A stretch of DNA of 64,000 nucleotides from Bacteroidia bacterium (GCA_965279035.1 OZ257142.1:2304001-2368000); one strand, 5' to 3'. Counted from the first letter of the stretch, positions 29,594-40,365 are shown. Notes: generated by a model not told the origin, from the letters alone. Numbers and translations: made by a program.

Positions 29594-30781
29594 ATGACCC
29601 AAACCATAACCCGAAACCGAATTCAATCCATCGATTTATTGCGAGGCATTGTGATGATTCTCATGGCGCTCGATCATGTTCGAGATTATTTCCATCACGA
29701 TTCGTTTTATTTCGATCCTACAAACCTCGAAACCACAACAGTACCATTATTCCTCACTCGCTTTATAACCCATTTTTGTGCGCCAGTATTTATATTCTTA
29801 GCTGGTACATCCGCATTTTTCGTTGGTAATCGCATGAAAACTAAAATGGAGCTTTCTGCTTGGCTAATTAAACGAGGTTTCTGGCTCATTTTCTTGGAAT
29901 TTACAGTAGTCAAATTTGGTTGGTATTTCACCTTGCATTTCGATAACCTCGACCTAATCGTGATATGGGCAATTGGTGCTTCTATGATATGCTTAGCTGC
30001 TGCCATTCACCTCAAACCTATTTACATGCTTGCATTAAGTCTACTATTGGTATTTGGACATAATGCCTTGGACTTTTACACACCTCCTCCAGATTCTTTT
30101 ATCCATATTTTGTGGAATATCCTTCATGTTCAAGGACCTTTTCAATTAGGTTCTATTCATGTGTTTATCGTTTATCCACTTATTCCATGGATTGCCTTAA
30201 TGATGCTCGGTTATTTACTCGGAAATTGGTATACAAGCGAATTCAACCCAAGTAAGCGTAAAAACAAACTTCGAATTACGGGTTTAAGTTGCTTGTTATT
30301 ATTCGTATTTCTTCGACTATTTAATCTTTATGGAGAACCGGTTGATTGGTCTATTCAACCACAAATTTCACATAGTATATTGTCCTTTATTAATGTGAGT
30401 AAATATCCACCATCACTCGATTATGTGCTCATTACATTAGGTATTTCACTCCTGTTTTTAAGTGTGGCAGAAAATAGTCAATCTGCTATTTCGAAACCCA
30501 TAATCGTAATAGGACGTGTCCCTATGTTTTATTACATTTTGCATATTTACCTTATTCACGGATTATCGCTTTTAGCGGCTTATGCAACAGGATACGACCC
30601 TACACTTCTAATTTCAGATCAATTTATTTCGATGATTCCAAAATTAAAAGGCTTTGGTTTTAGTTTACCCCAAACGTATTTGATATGGATATTGATTGTT
30701 CTCTGTCTATATCCACTTTGCCATTGGTACAACAACTTTAAAAATAGAAATCGCCAATATTGGTGGTTAAGTTATTTGTAA
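29594..30781 (+). CDS. DUF1624/HGSNAT-like membrane acyltransferase
   Basis: RIQSIDLLRG.VM.LMALDH, THFCAP.F and KYPPSL motifs. Confidence 0.85.
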   Translation: MTQTITRNRIQSIDLLRGIVMILMALDHVRDYFHHDSFYFDPTNLETTTVPLFLTRFITHFCAPVFIFLAGTSAFFVGNRMKTKMELSAWLIKRGFWLIFLEFTVVKFGWYFTLHFDNLDLIVIWAIGASMICLAAAIHLKPIYMLALSLLLVFGHNALDFYTPPPDSFIHILWNILHVQGPFQLGSIHVFIVYPLIPWIALMMLGYLLGNWYTSEFNPSKRKNKLRITGLSCLLLFVFLRLFNLYGEPVDWSIQPQISHSILSFINVSKYPPSLDYVLITLGISLLFLSVAENSQSAISKPIIVIGRVPMFYYILHIYLIHGLSLLAAYATGYDPTLLISDQFISMIPKLKGFGFSLPQTYLIWILIVLCLYPLCHWYNNFKNRNRQYWWLSYL

Positions 30782-30810
30782 TATTTTTTCTTATAACCTG
30801 ATTTAATGAT

Positions 30811-33321
30811 ATGAAATTTCATCTCCTTTTTCTACTTCTTATTTTGAGTTTCACAACTGTATTTGCTCAGCAAAACAAGCAAACAGTGAGCGGTCGAATC
30901 GTTGATAAAGAATCAAACAGTCCATTACCAGGTGCAATAATTCGTTGGACAAAAGACGTAGATAATACGCACGCAACTTCAAGTGATGGTAATGGCTATT
31001 TCAAATTACTGGGAATTCCTTTAGGAAGACAAGATTTTGAAGTTCGGATGATTGGTTATACAACGATTACCATTCCGGATGTAATTGTCACCGCAGGGAA
31101 AGTGGTGATATTAAACATTCAATTAGAAGAATCATTTCAGCAGATCAAAGAAGTTGAAATTACAGCTTCGGATAAATCGGGAACAATCAACGAAATGACT
31201 ATTTTAAGTTCAAGACAATTTCGTGTGGAAGAAACGGAACGTTATCCCGGTTCTCGTCAAGATCCTGCGCGGATGGCTTCGAATTTTGCCGGTGTTCAAG
31301 GCACCAACGATACACGTAACGATATTGTTATTCGGGGAAATTCACCAGCATCAACACTTTGGAGGCTCGAAGACATCGATATTCCTAATCCCAATCACTT
31401 TGCTGTTCCAGGCTCAATGGGTGGACCGGTTTCAATCATCAACAATAAATATTTGGGAAATTCCGATTTCTTAACGGGTGCTTTTCCGGCGATGTATGGA
31501 AATGTGAATGGTGGAGTATTCGATTTAAAGATGCGAAATGGAAATCAGGAACGTTTCGAAAATACCTTTCAATTTGGAGTTTTAGGAACAGAATTAACTT
31601 CCGAAGGCCCAATCAATAAAGCGAGTCGTTCGAGTTATATAATTACGTATCGTTATTCTACACTCAATTTACTTCAAGGCTTGAACTTAAAAATTGGAAC
31701 TGATGCAGTTCCCAAATATCAGGATTTAGGTTTCAGAATTAATATGCCCACTAAAAAAGCAGGGACTTTTTCTATCTGGGGAATAGGAGGGAAGAGCAAT
31801 ATCGATATTGTAGTGAGTGATAAACCATTTGAGGATATTCAGAAAAATGAATCGTATGGTGATAAAAATCGTGATCAGTATTTTCGGACTAATATGGGTG
31901 TTGCTGCTTTAAGTCATGTGATTGGTTTGAATAAAAATACCTGGATGAAAACGTCCATTGCAGCCTCTTTGCAAACAGTAAATGCCAACCACAATTTAAT
32001 TATTCGGGATACGAATTCAGTTCCAGTAAGTCCATTTCCTAAAATATTAGCCTATAAGTTTGAAGAACAAAAGTCAACGCTGGCTTGGTTTATACATAGT
32101 AAACTGAATGCGAAAAGTTCGATTCGCGGAGGCTTTTTTATCACACGATACGGCGAGAACTTATATGATCAAGTGAAAATAATTGGTTTAAAAGATTCAA
32201 TTGCGCAATTAGTTACCGACTCGGTTCCATGGAAAGTCCGTGAAAATTATAAAGGCAGTTTTTATATGATTCAGCCGTATATTCAATGGAAATATCGAAT
32301 CACCGATTTGCTCACATTAAGCGCTGGTGTTTATAGTCAACACATGTCATTGAATAAGCAAACGACCATTGAACCACGTATCGGATTTAAATGGAATTTT
32401 AAGGAAAATCAATCCCTTAATTTAGGAGCTGGATTGCATAGTCAAATGCAACAAACCTATACTTATTTTGCAATCCCCGATTCTATTGCAAATTTGGGTG
32501 GAGTTGAAGCGAATACCCAACGCATTCGTGCAAATGAGCAAATGGGCTTGACTAAAAGTTCACATTTGGTTTTGGGTTATGAACGACAGTTTTCTCAGAA
32601 TTTTCGAATCAAATTAGAAAGCTATTTTCAAACACTTTGGAATGTCCCTGTGTATGCAGTTTCTTCTGGTATTTCGCTCATTAATTCGGGAGCAACTTTT
32701 TCGCGGTTTATGCCTTTGTATAATTTAACAAATACTGGAACCGGAAGAAACTATGGAGTTGAATTAACGGTTGAGAAATTTTTTAGCGATCATTATTTCT
32801 TCTTGTTTTCGAGTTCCTTGTATGATTCGAAATACACTGGCAGCAATGGCAAAACATACAACAGCGATTTCAACGGAAATTTCATTTTGAATTTATTGGG
32901 TGGAGTGGAATATCCGATTGGGAAAAGCAAGAAAAACACAATTGGAACTAGCACTAAAATTACATACGCTGGTGGACGTAGATATTCGCCTGTAAATATC
33001 GATGCAAGTGCTCGTATTTATGATGTTGTCCCATTGGAAAGCAGCATTAATAGTAAGCAATTCCCGAATTATTTCCGTTGGGATGTACGTTTATCCTATA
33101 AAATAAATAAGAGTCGATTCAAAGTTGTTGCCGATGGAGTGATTGTTCCATTACGCGGAATTACTCATGAATTTGCCGTTGATTTAGTGAATGTACTAAA
33201 CATCCGAAATGTATTGGCTCTCAGTTATTCGCCCGATCCAAAGAATTTAAAAGGCGATCCATTGGTGAAGAATTATCAATTGGGATTTTTGCCTTTGTTC
33301 TATTATAAAATCGATTTTTAA
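30811..33321 (+). CDS. TonB-dependent receptor with carboxypeptidase-regulatory-like N-terminal domain
   Basis: Signal peptide, plug (IRGNSP, NPNHF), beta-barrel, C-terminal Phe (YKIDF). Confidence 0.9.
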   Translation: MKFHLLFLLLILSFTTVFAQQNKQTVSGRIVDKESNSPLPGAIIRWTKDVDNTHATSSDGNGYFKLLGIPLGRQDFEVRMIGYTTITIPDVIVTAGKVVILNIQLEESFQQIKEVEITASDKSGTINEMTILSSRQFRVEETERYPGSRQDPARMASNFAGVQGTNDTRNDIVIRGNSPASTLWRLEDIDIPNPNHFAVPGSMGGPVSIINNKYLGNSDFLTGAFPAMYGNVNGGVFDLKMRNGNQERFENTFQFGVLGTELTSEGPINKASRSSYIITYRYSTLNLLQGLNLKIGTDAVPKYQDLGFRINMPTKKAGTFSIWGIGGKSNIDIVVSDKPFEDIQKNESYGDKNRDQYFRTNMGVAALSHVIGLNKNTWMKTSIAASLQTVNANHNLIIRDTNSVPVSPFPKILAYKFEEQKSTLAWFIHSKLNAKSSIRGGFFITRYGENLYDQVKIIGLKDSIAQLVTDSVPWKVRENYKGSFYMIQPYIQWKYRITDLLTLSAGVYSQHMSLNKQTTIEPRIGFKWNFKENQSLNLGAGLHSQMQQTYTYFAIPDSIANLGGVEANTQRIRANEQMGLTKSSHLVLGYERQFSQNFRIKLESYFQTLWNVPVYAVSSGISLINSGATFSRFMPLYNLTNTGTGRNYGVELTVEKFFSDHYFFLFSSSLYDSKYTGSNGKTYNSDFNGNFILNLLGGVEYPIGKSKKNTIGTSTKITYAGGRRYSPVNIDASARIYDVVPLESSINSKQFPNYFRWDVRLSYKINKSRFKVVADGVIVPLRGITHEFAVDLVNVLNIRNVLALSYSPDPKNLKGDPLVKNYQLGFLPLFYYKIDF

Positions 33322-33343
33322 ATTTCCAAAAGAATCGAATGAA

Positions 33344-33718
33344 TTATGAATTACTGATTTTAACTTGCATAAGAAATGCAATTCCTGCAGCTCGTTGTTT
33401 AATTCGTTCGGCCTTTTCGCCTTCAAATAAGCTATCAACTGTAGAATGAAACAAAGAAATCCATCGATTAAAATGCGCTTGGGTGATAAGCTTTTTATCG
33501 TTTATCATCTTATGAATAAGCATAGGATTTCCAGAATAATTAACCGATGCGAATAGCGTATTTTCCCAGAAATCATACATTTTAGGTAAATGTTGCTCCC
33601 AATTAACATGAATTGTATCGGTAAAGAAGCTTGAAATTTCATCATCTACATTAACACGTTCATAAAATAAATTAACCAATTGAATTAAATCCTCCCTATT
33701 TTGAATATCCTGTTTCAT
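33344..33718 (-). CDS. Group III truncated hemoglobin
   Basis: LV..FY.RV, HL.KM.DFW, YSGNPM..H and HF.RW..LF motifs. Confidence 0.9.
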   Translation of the reverse strand: MKQDIQNREDLIQLVNLFYERVNVDDEISSFFTDTIHVNWEQHLPKMYDFWENTLFASVNYSGNPMLIHKMINDKKLITQAHFNRWISLFHSTVDSLFEGEKAERIKQRAAGIAFLMQVKISNS

Positions 33719-33724
33719 AAAGAA

Positions 33725-34021
33725 TTAACCTTTGATTAGAATACAAACAGAATCCTCTATTGCTTCCAATGAATGCATCACATTCACAGGAATTTCAAGT
33801 TCTTCCAGAGCCTGAACTTCAATTGATAATACTTCCGACCGAAAATACACTTTGCCCTGAATAGGTATTAATAAAGCAGGAACACTTGAAATATGATCCG
33901 GCAAGAATAGACCTTTCTTTAGTCCAATGGCAATTATTCGGTTATGATCATATTTACGAATGATACGTGTAATAACTGTTTGCGAACTCGGTAACATTTT
34001 TATTATCTCCTGAATGATCAT
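33725..34021 (-). CDS. Small cupin-fold protein
   Basis: LPDH...PA and IP.NVMHSL.A.EDS motifs. Confidence 0.72.
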   Translation of the reverse strand: MIIQEIIKMLPSSQTVITRIIRKYDHNRIIAIGLKKGLFLPDHISSVPALLIPIQGKVYFRSEVLSIEVQALEELEIPVNVMHSLEAIEDSVCILIKG

Positions 34022-34785
34022 AAATCTCGGCGTTTAAAAATTCGTAATGAGAACAAAAAAGGTATAAGAATCCAAAGTAGCAATAAAGAAAAAGAGCAAA
34101 TCAATCCCTTCGTTGTACCAAAAATATCTTTGAAAATAGCACCAGTATAACCCATCATAGCCGAAACATCCAATTGAAGTAAAATGAGTATTCGCGCTAA
34201 ATCTATTGGGCTAGATGCAGTCAATCCAACCATCAATTTTTCTATTGGATAATCAGCAAACTGAAACAATAAAAACAATACAATTCCATCAAACAATAAG
34301 GCAAAATACAACCACAATAAAACCGAGATGCCTATTCCTCTAGCTTTATCTCTAGTCACAATGGAACTGAAAAAAGCAATAGAAACAAAAACACCAGAAA
34401 TAATAATTCCAATTGAAATCATCATGACTGCCAAATCAATCGGAACAAATATCAGAATTGGAATTCCGGCACCAAGAATAAATGCCAGGATGAAACTGAT
34501 TAATAGTCCTGTAAATAAACTAATCCAGATTTTCTTTCTTTGGATTGGTTGACTTAAAAGTAATTCAATAAACTCAGTACAGTTATAAATATAAATAGTT
34601 GAAAATAATATAGAAACAAGAGGTACCGTTAATAAAATAATATTTAACATAGTTAGAATTCCCTTTGTACTTGTGTCTTCCAAAGAGAATACAGACCAAG
34701 AAAATAATGCTAATAAGACTGTATATGAAATAACAATTTTATTTTTTAAAATATCGAGTAATATAAATTTAACCAATTGCTTCAT
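34018..34785 (-). CDS. nosY: NosY permease
   Basis: Six TM helices, ELLLSQP and PIDLAR motifs; position after nosD and nosF. Confidence 0.88.
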   Translation of the reverse strand: MKQLVKFILLDILKNKIVISYTVLLALFSWSVFSLEDTSTKGILTMLNIILLTVPLVSILFSTIYIYNCTEFIELLLSQPIQRKKIWISLFTGLLISFILAFILGAGIPILIFVPIDLAVMMISIGIIISGVFVSIAFFSSIVTRDKARGIGISVLLWLYFALLFDGIVLFLLFQFADYPIEKLMVGLTASSPIDLARILILLQLDVSAMMGYTGAIFKDIFGTTKGLICSFSLLLLWILIPFLFSLRIFKRRDL

Positions 34786-35491
34786 AACTTCTAATTTTCA
34801 GAATCTGAGAAATAGCGCGAGAAACACGAGTAACTCCAGTTTCAGAATTAAGGTCAGCAACATTTTTATGGAAAACGATTTCTCCGTCTTGCATATATAT
34901 TACTTGAGTAATTAACTCATCTAATTCGTCCAATAAATGTGACGTAATTAATATCAACTTTCCATTCTTCTTCTCTTGTACTATTTTATCTTTAAGTATT
35001 TCTGCGGATAGTGGATCCAATCCAGCAGTTGGTTCATCCAAAATCAAAATCTGAGGATTAAATAAAAATGCAAGTGTAGCACTAACCTTTTGTGTTGTTC
35101 CCCCACTTAACGTGTGCATTCTCTTATCATACATTTCTGTCAATGAAAACTTTTCGAGTAATTCAGTATCGCATTTTTTTACATCTTTTCGAATCGTCTG
35201 AATCATCGATATAACTTGTCCAATAGTCATATTCTGAGGATAACGTCCTATTTGAGGCATATATCCAATTTGTTTCCGATACTCAAATTGATTATGTATT
35301 GAATTACCTAAAACAAGGATTTCACCAGAATCGGGCAAAACCATACCTAATATTGATTTGATTAAGGTCGTTTTTCCACATCCATTTGGACCAATTAAAG
35401 CGATACACTCACCCTTTTGAAAATGGGCATTCACTCCTTTTAATGCTTGAAGTTTACCAAAATGCTTATTAACACCAATCAATTCAATCAT
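34769..35491 (-). CDS. nosF: NosF ABC ATPase
   Basis: GPNGCGKTT, GYMPQ, LSGG, LDEPTAGLD; nos context. Confidence 0.88.
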   Translation of the reverse strand: MIELIGVNKHFGKLQALKGVNAHFQKGECIALIGPNGCGKTTLIKSILGMVLPDSGEILVLGNSIHNQFEYRKQIGYMPQIGRYPQNMTIGQVISMIQTIRKDVKKCDTELLEKFSLTEMYDKRMHTLSGGTTQKVSATLAFLFNPQILILDEPTAGLDPLSAEILKDKIVQEKKNGKLILITSHLLDELDELITQVIYMQDGEIVFHKNVADLNSETGVTRVSRAISQILKIRSYEAIG

Positions 35492-36725
35492 AATGTATGG
35501 CCCTCATTCTTGGTTGTAAATCAATAAAATTATCGGGTGTTAAACTTGGTATCATCTTCTCAGAACGATCTAATAAAGTCGTTATAAAACTTCTAAATAG
35601 TAACATGGTAGAAGGATTCTGTTCAACAATTACAGAAAATAAACTCAGAGGATGATATGGAATATCACCTGTTCCATTTCGATCTAAATCATAGCCTTCA
35701 TATTTATCCCAATAATTAGATGAAAATGTATTTAACATCAATGATCCATTAGTCCCTACATCGAATGTATTTCCCAAGTAATTATTATTTGAAATAGTAT
35801 TATCCATACAACTTGCTTGAATCTTCATTGCCCATCCATTGGAAATAAATCGATTCTTGTTGACTTCTATCCGATTTGTACCATCCATAAAAATCCCTAT
35901 AGTATTGGCATTAAATATATTTCCATAGATATAAGCATCCGAAATTTCCTTTAATAATAAACCATAAGCGGCATCACCCCAATTATCTTCGAAATGATTA
36001 TTAAACATCTTAACATGCTTAGTAAACATGACCGCTACTCCAGAACCATTGTTTCTAAAATAATTCGTTATGTATGCATCATCATTGGAAAACATGAAAT
36101 GCAAGCCATATCGCACATTGTCATAGGATATATTTCTCCAAATAATAGAATGTGTTACAAATTCAAAATATATCCCATCTCGATTTCCCGAAATATCATT
36201 TCCAATTATTTGCAAGCTGTCGCTTTTCCAACAATGAATACCATTTCCAATTTGCTCTTCTTGTTTACCAAATGCAACAATTCGATTATTTTTAATTAAG
36301 CAGTTTCGACTATATTGGATGTATATACCAAAAAAATTATCAATTAATTCATTATTGCAAATAGTCACATGATGACTATCATAAACTTTTATTCCACCGG
36401 GGTCATCTAAAGTGGCGTAACCCGAATGTTGAATGCGCAATCCTTGAATAGTCACATACGATGATTTGATTGAAAGTACCTCATACTTTCTATGCCCGTC
36501 TAATATGGGCATTCCCAAACCTTGAATTGTTAATGGTTTTGCTATTAGAATATTGCCTTCTTGATAAAATCCTTTTTCTATGATAATTGTATCATATGGT
36601 TGAGCATAGAGAATAGCTGGCTTTATTTGTTTAAAAACCTCCTGCTTACCAACATGAATTATCTTGGCTTCGGTGTGATTTAAAAATGAAAAATAAACCA
36701 GAAAAAATGAGAATAAATTCCTCAT
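35484..36725 (-). CDS. nosD: NosD periplasmic maturation protein
   Basis: Beta-helix repeats; GNGIH, RDGIY, RYGLHFM and NYWD.Y.GYDL..G.GD motifs. Confidence 0.95.
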   Translation of the reverse strand: MRNLFSFFLVYFSFLNHTEAKIIHVGKQEVFKQIKPAILYAQPYDTIIIEKGFYQEGNILIAKPLTIQGLGMPILDGHRKYEVLSIKSSYVTIQGLRIQHSGYATLDDPGGIKVYDSHHVTICNNELIDNFFGIYIQYSRNCLIKNNRIVAFGKQEEQIGNGIHCWKSDSLQIIGNDISGNRDGIYFEFVTHSIIWRNISYDNVRYGLHFMFSNDDAYITNYFRNNGSGVAVMFTKHVKMFNNHFEDNWGDAAYGLLLKEISDAYIYGNIFNANTIGIFMDGTNRIEVNKNRFISNGWAMKIQASCMDNTISNNNYLGNTFDVGTNGSLMLNTFSSNYWDKYEGYDLDRNGTGDIPYHPLSLFSVIVEQNPSTMLLFRSFITTLLDRSEKMIPSLTPDNFIDLQPRMRAIHYD

Positions 36726-36726
36726 A

Positions 36727-37737
36727 TCAATTCTGAATAGTTTTCCAATCAGATATAACTCCTTCTAGATTTGAATTCATCGTCTCTGCTGCATCTTTAG
36801 TAGAAAATGCAGCAAAATTTCCCCCCATTGGACTATTGAGTTTACTAGATGAAATATAATAAGCTGATTCTGCTGGTATGAGCGTATTGACAGTAGCGAA
36901 ATCATGAACAAAGAATGATTTATACTCCATTTTTATATTGGATGATTTAAAACGAATTAAACAACCCATATCATCAAACTTATAAACTCGTCCTTTGTCT
37001 GTGATTAGTTCTGCACCAAATCGTCCATCAGAAATGGTCATCTTACAAAATTCGCATGCATCTGAATTTAGTTGGATTGGCTCTGGACTACCATTTCCGC
37101 ATGAACTTAGAAAAAGAATGAATAACATTGGAATAAGGGAACTGGTTCTTTTTTTCAAAAACCGAATTAGATTATTCTCAATAAAGACAGTAATAAACAT
37201 GAGTAAACCACTGCCAATAAATAACCATCCTCCAATATCGGGAATTGAATAAGCACCAAAATTAAGCAGCACTTTATATCCAATTAATGGAGGTTGATAG
37301 GACATTCCAGGGACTTGAATTGCGGCATTGGGATCCAAATTGTGTCCATAATTATATTCCCAACGCCAAAAATCAATCATGGCAATTATCCCAAAAATGA
37401 CAAAGGCAATAAATAGGTAATTTAATAATCGTCGCTTTCCAAGTAAGCCAGTTAAGAAAGCAAATCCGACAAAAAAACATATGATATAAGGTAGAATAGT
37501 AAACTCAATAAAATTCTCAGCATGTAATGTTTGCATTCCGATATAATGATTTAAGCCATTTATGATATCAACATTTCCGCCTAATGCATTACTGTAGATA
37601 AGCATTACTAAGCCTTCTGGATATTGTGGTGCAGAAAGTTCTATTCGCCAAATAGGCAAAAAGATTGAGAACATTAATAATATGGATGAAATAATTAATA
37701 ATAAGCGTGATATGGAAGAAATTTTAATGCTTTTCAT
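36727..37737 (-). CDS. nosL: NosB-like membrane domain fused to NosL copper chaperone
   Basis: W.I.L.APQYPEGL, NHYIGM and YGHNLDP (NosB-like); CEFCKM, FDD.GC and SPMGG (NosL). Confidence 0.85.
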   Translation of the reverse strand: MKSIKISSISRLLLIISSILLMFSIFLPIWRIELSAPQYPEGLVMLIYSNALGGNVDIINGLNHYIGMQTLHAENFIEFTILPYIICFFVGFAFLTGLLGKRRLLNYLFIAFVIFGIIAMIDFWRWEYNYGHNLDPNAAIQVPGMSYQPPLIGYKVLLNFGAYSIPDIGGWLFIGSGLLMFITVFIENNLIRFLKKRTSSLIPMLFILFLSSCGNGSPEPIQLNSDACEFCKMTISDGRFGAELITDKGRVYKFDDMGCLIRFKSSNIKMEYKSFFVHDFATVNTLIPAESAYYISSSKLNSPMGGNFAAFSTKDAAETMNSNLEGVISDWKTIQN

Positions 37738-37752
37738 ATCTAATTATTTTAA

Positions 37753-37779
37753 AGAGCAGCATGAATATCATGCTGCTCT
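37753..37779 (-). terminator. Intra-operon hairpin after nosZ
   Basis: AGAGCAGCATGA-ATA-TCATGCTGCTCT, a 12-bp stem with only a short U tract on the minus strand. Confidence 0.65.
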
Positions 37780-37803
37780 CAAGCTGAATCACAACACACC
37801 AAT

Positions 37804-39783
37804 TTATTTAACCGGATCTGGAATTGATTTACCCAGACTGAATGAAATAGGCACATTACTATTTGCAGGTGATACTCGAACATATCCTTGCATTTCCTGG
37901 TGAAGAGCGCTACAGAAATCAGTACAATACATTGGGAAAATACCTACTTTATCTGGTACCCATTTTAATGTACATGTTTCGCCTGGCATGATTAATAATT
38001 CTGCATTTGAAGCTCCTTTGATTGCAAATCCATGAGGAACATCCCAATCTTGTTCAAGGTTCGTTACATGAAAATAAACTTCATCACCCATTTTAATTCC
38101 TTCAATGTTATCTGGTGAAAAATGCGAACGTATAGAAGTCATATAAACATGTACAGTTTTACCCTGGCGAACTACCTTGGATTCCCCTTCTCCCTTCGTC
38201 ACATAAGGATTTTTATTATCTGCTATTTTAAAAATCTTAACCTGGTTTTTAGTGAATAAATCGGCAGGTGCAGCTTGTGCATAATGTGGTTCTCCAATTG
38301 TTGGAAAATCCAATATCATTTGCATCTTATCTCCGCTTATATCATATAATTGAGCACTTTGAGCTAACTCAGGTCCTGTTGGCAAGTAGCGATCTTTCGT
38401 AATTTTATTATAGGCAATCAAATATTTACCATAAGGTTTGCGTGTGTTTCCTCCTGGTACACATAAGTGTCCAACAGAATAATACGTTGGAACACGATCT
38501 AAAACTTTTAAATCCTTGATATTCCATTTAACCACTTCGGATGAAACAAAAAAGGAAGTATACGCATTTCCATTTGCATCAAACTCAGTATGTAAAGGAC
38601 CTAAACCAGGTTTCTTCACTTCACCATACAATGCAGCTTCATATTTAATTACAGGAATTCCTTCGTATTCTCCATCAAATGCTTTACTCTGAATTGCCTG
38701 TTGAATTTTATCAAAACTAAAAACTGGAATTAATGCAGCTAATTTTCCACTTCCAACAATATATTCTCCCGTTGGATCCACATCACATCCGTGGGGCGAT
38801 TTAGGACATGGAATAAAATAACAGATATCCTTCAATTTTGATACATCCAATACTGTAACATCAGTCAAAATATCAGATGTAGCCATTTGTGTGCTTTCAT
38901 TATACAGATTATGAGCATAGCGAACAGATTGTTTTTCACCTTGTCCAGCACGTAAATATTCTTCTGCTTTTTTCCAATTAACTGCAAGAATGAAATCTTT
39001 ATCCTTTTGTGATGCATTTACTTCTAATAAAGTACTAGCCTGCTCTGTATTGTAGCATGAAAAGAAAAACCATCCATGTGATTTCGCTTTACCACATCTA
39101 GCCAAATCAAAATTAACTCCTGGCGTTCTTAATTGAAACGCAATTTTCATATTCCCATTCTCCTTATCCACACTCACAAAACTTATATGTCCTTTAAAAT
39201 TTTGCTTATATGAATTAATTGGAACATCTCCATTTGCATTATCTGAAGGAACACTAAAACGTGTACCTGCAACAATATATTCAGAATTCTCTGTCCCGAA
39301 TGGAGAACTATGATTCCCGCCACTATTAGGTAATTCAAGAATTTCAGCTGTGCGAAATGTTTTAAGATCTATGCGAGCTAAGCGAGGTGTATTATTCGCA
39401 TTAACAAATACCCATTTACCATTAACTTCTCCCGATGTTTGAGATAATTCCACATGATGTAAATCATCCCAAGGAACAAAACCATGAGAGGTATTTAACA
39501 TCGGTTTTGTTTCTTCACTATATCCCCAACCTTTTTCAGGATCAACAGAAAAAACAGGAATTACTCGTAATAATCTTGCGCTTGGTAGTCCATATACGCT
39601 CAGTTGTCCGCTAAATCCTCCGGATACAAAATTGTAAAATTCATCGTATTTACCAGGAGCAACATATGTTTTTGTAGCAGCATCACCACTTACAGCATTT
39701 GATGTACTCTTAGGTTTGCATGATATTATCGCTGAGGCTAGAGCAAGCGAAGCCAGCGACAGTTTTAAAAACGTCGTTTTCAT
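37804..39783 (-). CDS. nosZ: Clade II (Sec/lipoprotein-exported) nitrous-oxide reductase
   Basis: All seven CuZ His motifs (DLHH, GNH, SPH, PLH, VGH, EPH); CuA motifs DVPH and CTDFCSALHQEM; lipobox IISC; no twin-Arg. Confidence 0.98.
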   Translation of the reverse strand: MKTTFLKLSLASLALASAIISCKPKSTSNAVSGDAATKTYVAPGKYDEFYNFVSGGFSGQLSVYGLPSARLLRVIPVFSVDPEKGWGYSEETKPMLNTSHGFVPWDDLHHVELSQTSGEVNGKWVFVNANNTPRLARIDLKTFRTAEILELPNSGGNHSSPFGTENSEYIVAGTRFSVPSDNANGDVPINSYKQNFKGHISFVSVDKENGNMKIAFQLRTPGVNFDLARCGKAKSHGWFFFSCYNTEQASTLLEVNASQKDKDFILAVNWKKAEEYLRAGQGEKQSVRYAHNLYNESTQMATSDILTDVTVLDVSKLKDICYFIPCPKSPHGCDVDPTGEYIVGSGKLAALIPVFSFDKIQQAIQSKAFDGEYEGIPVIKYEAALYGEVKKPGLGPLHTEFDANGNAYTSFFVSSEVVKWNIKDLKVLDRVPTYYSVGHLCVPGGNTRKPYGKYLIAYNKITKDRYLPTGPELAQSAQLYDISGDKMQMILDFPTIGEPHYAQAAPADLFTKNQVKIFKIADNKNPYVTKGEGESKVVRQGKTVHVYMTSIRSHFSPDNIEGIKMGDEVYFHVTNLEQDWDVPHGFAIKGASNAELLIMPGETCTLKWVPDKVGIFPMYCTDFCSALHQEMQGYVRVSPANSNVPISFSLGKSIPDPVK

Positions 39784-39814
39784 AGTTATGTAGTTTCAGA
39801 TTATTAGGAGGAGT

Positions 39815-40309
39815 TTATTTTACCCCGTCATTTTTTCTCATGAATTCCAATAGCTGTCGAGCTTCATCAGCATTTAGGTTTTGATTCGGCATTCGAACTA
39901 AACACAATTCCAATTGAGCTTGTACAACCGGATCTTTATTAATCATTGGATCTGGATTCGTAATAAAATTCATAATCCAATAAGGAGTATGACGAGAAGT
40001 AACACCTTTCCATCCTGGCCCAACTAACTTTTCTTCAGTAAGTTTGTGACACGATGAACATTTAACTCCAAAATTATTTTCTCCAGCACTTGCAAGGGTT
40101 TTATCTAATTGATCAGCAATTTTTACATTATCTGGAGAGAATTCACCTTCTCCGCGTTTGGGATCATATTCTTCTGCATCAGATTTTCCTGATTCATTCA
40201 CTTTAGATGTATCTGTCACAGGTGATTTTGATTCCGTTCCTCCACCACATCGGGAGAAAAATAGAGATACCGTTAAAATAAATACTAAAATAGGGAAGGG
40301 CTTTTTCAT
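39815..40309 (-). CDS. Monoheme cytochrome c lipoprotein (probable NosZ electron donor)
   Basis: Lipobox FSRC, CSSCH, VGP and distal MP motifs. Likely start at 40309. Confidence 0.9.
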   Translation of the reverse strand: MKKPFPILVFILTVSLFFSRCGGGTESKSPVTDTSKVNESGKSDAEEYDPKRGEGEFSPDNVKIADQLDKTLASAGENNFGVKCSSCHKLTEEKLVGPGWKGVTSRHTPYWIMNFITNPDPMINKDPVVQAQLELCLVRMPNQNLNADEARQLLEFMRKNDGVK

Positions 40310-40365
40310 AGGTTCTTTTTGATTTTCTAACAGGGCCAAATTAGAGACATCGCTTACTTGAGAAT

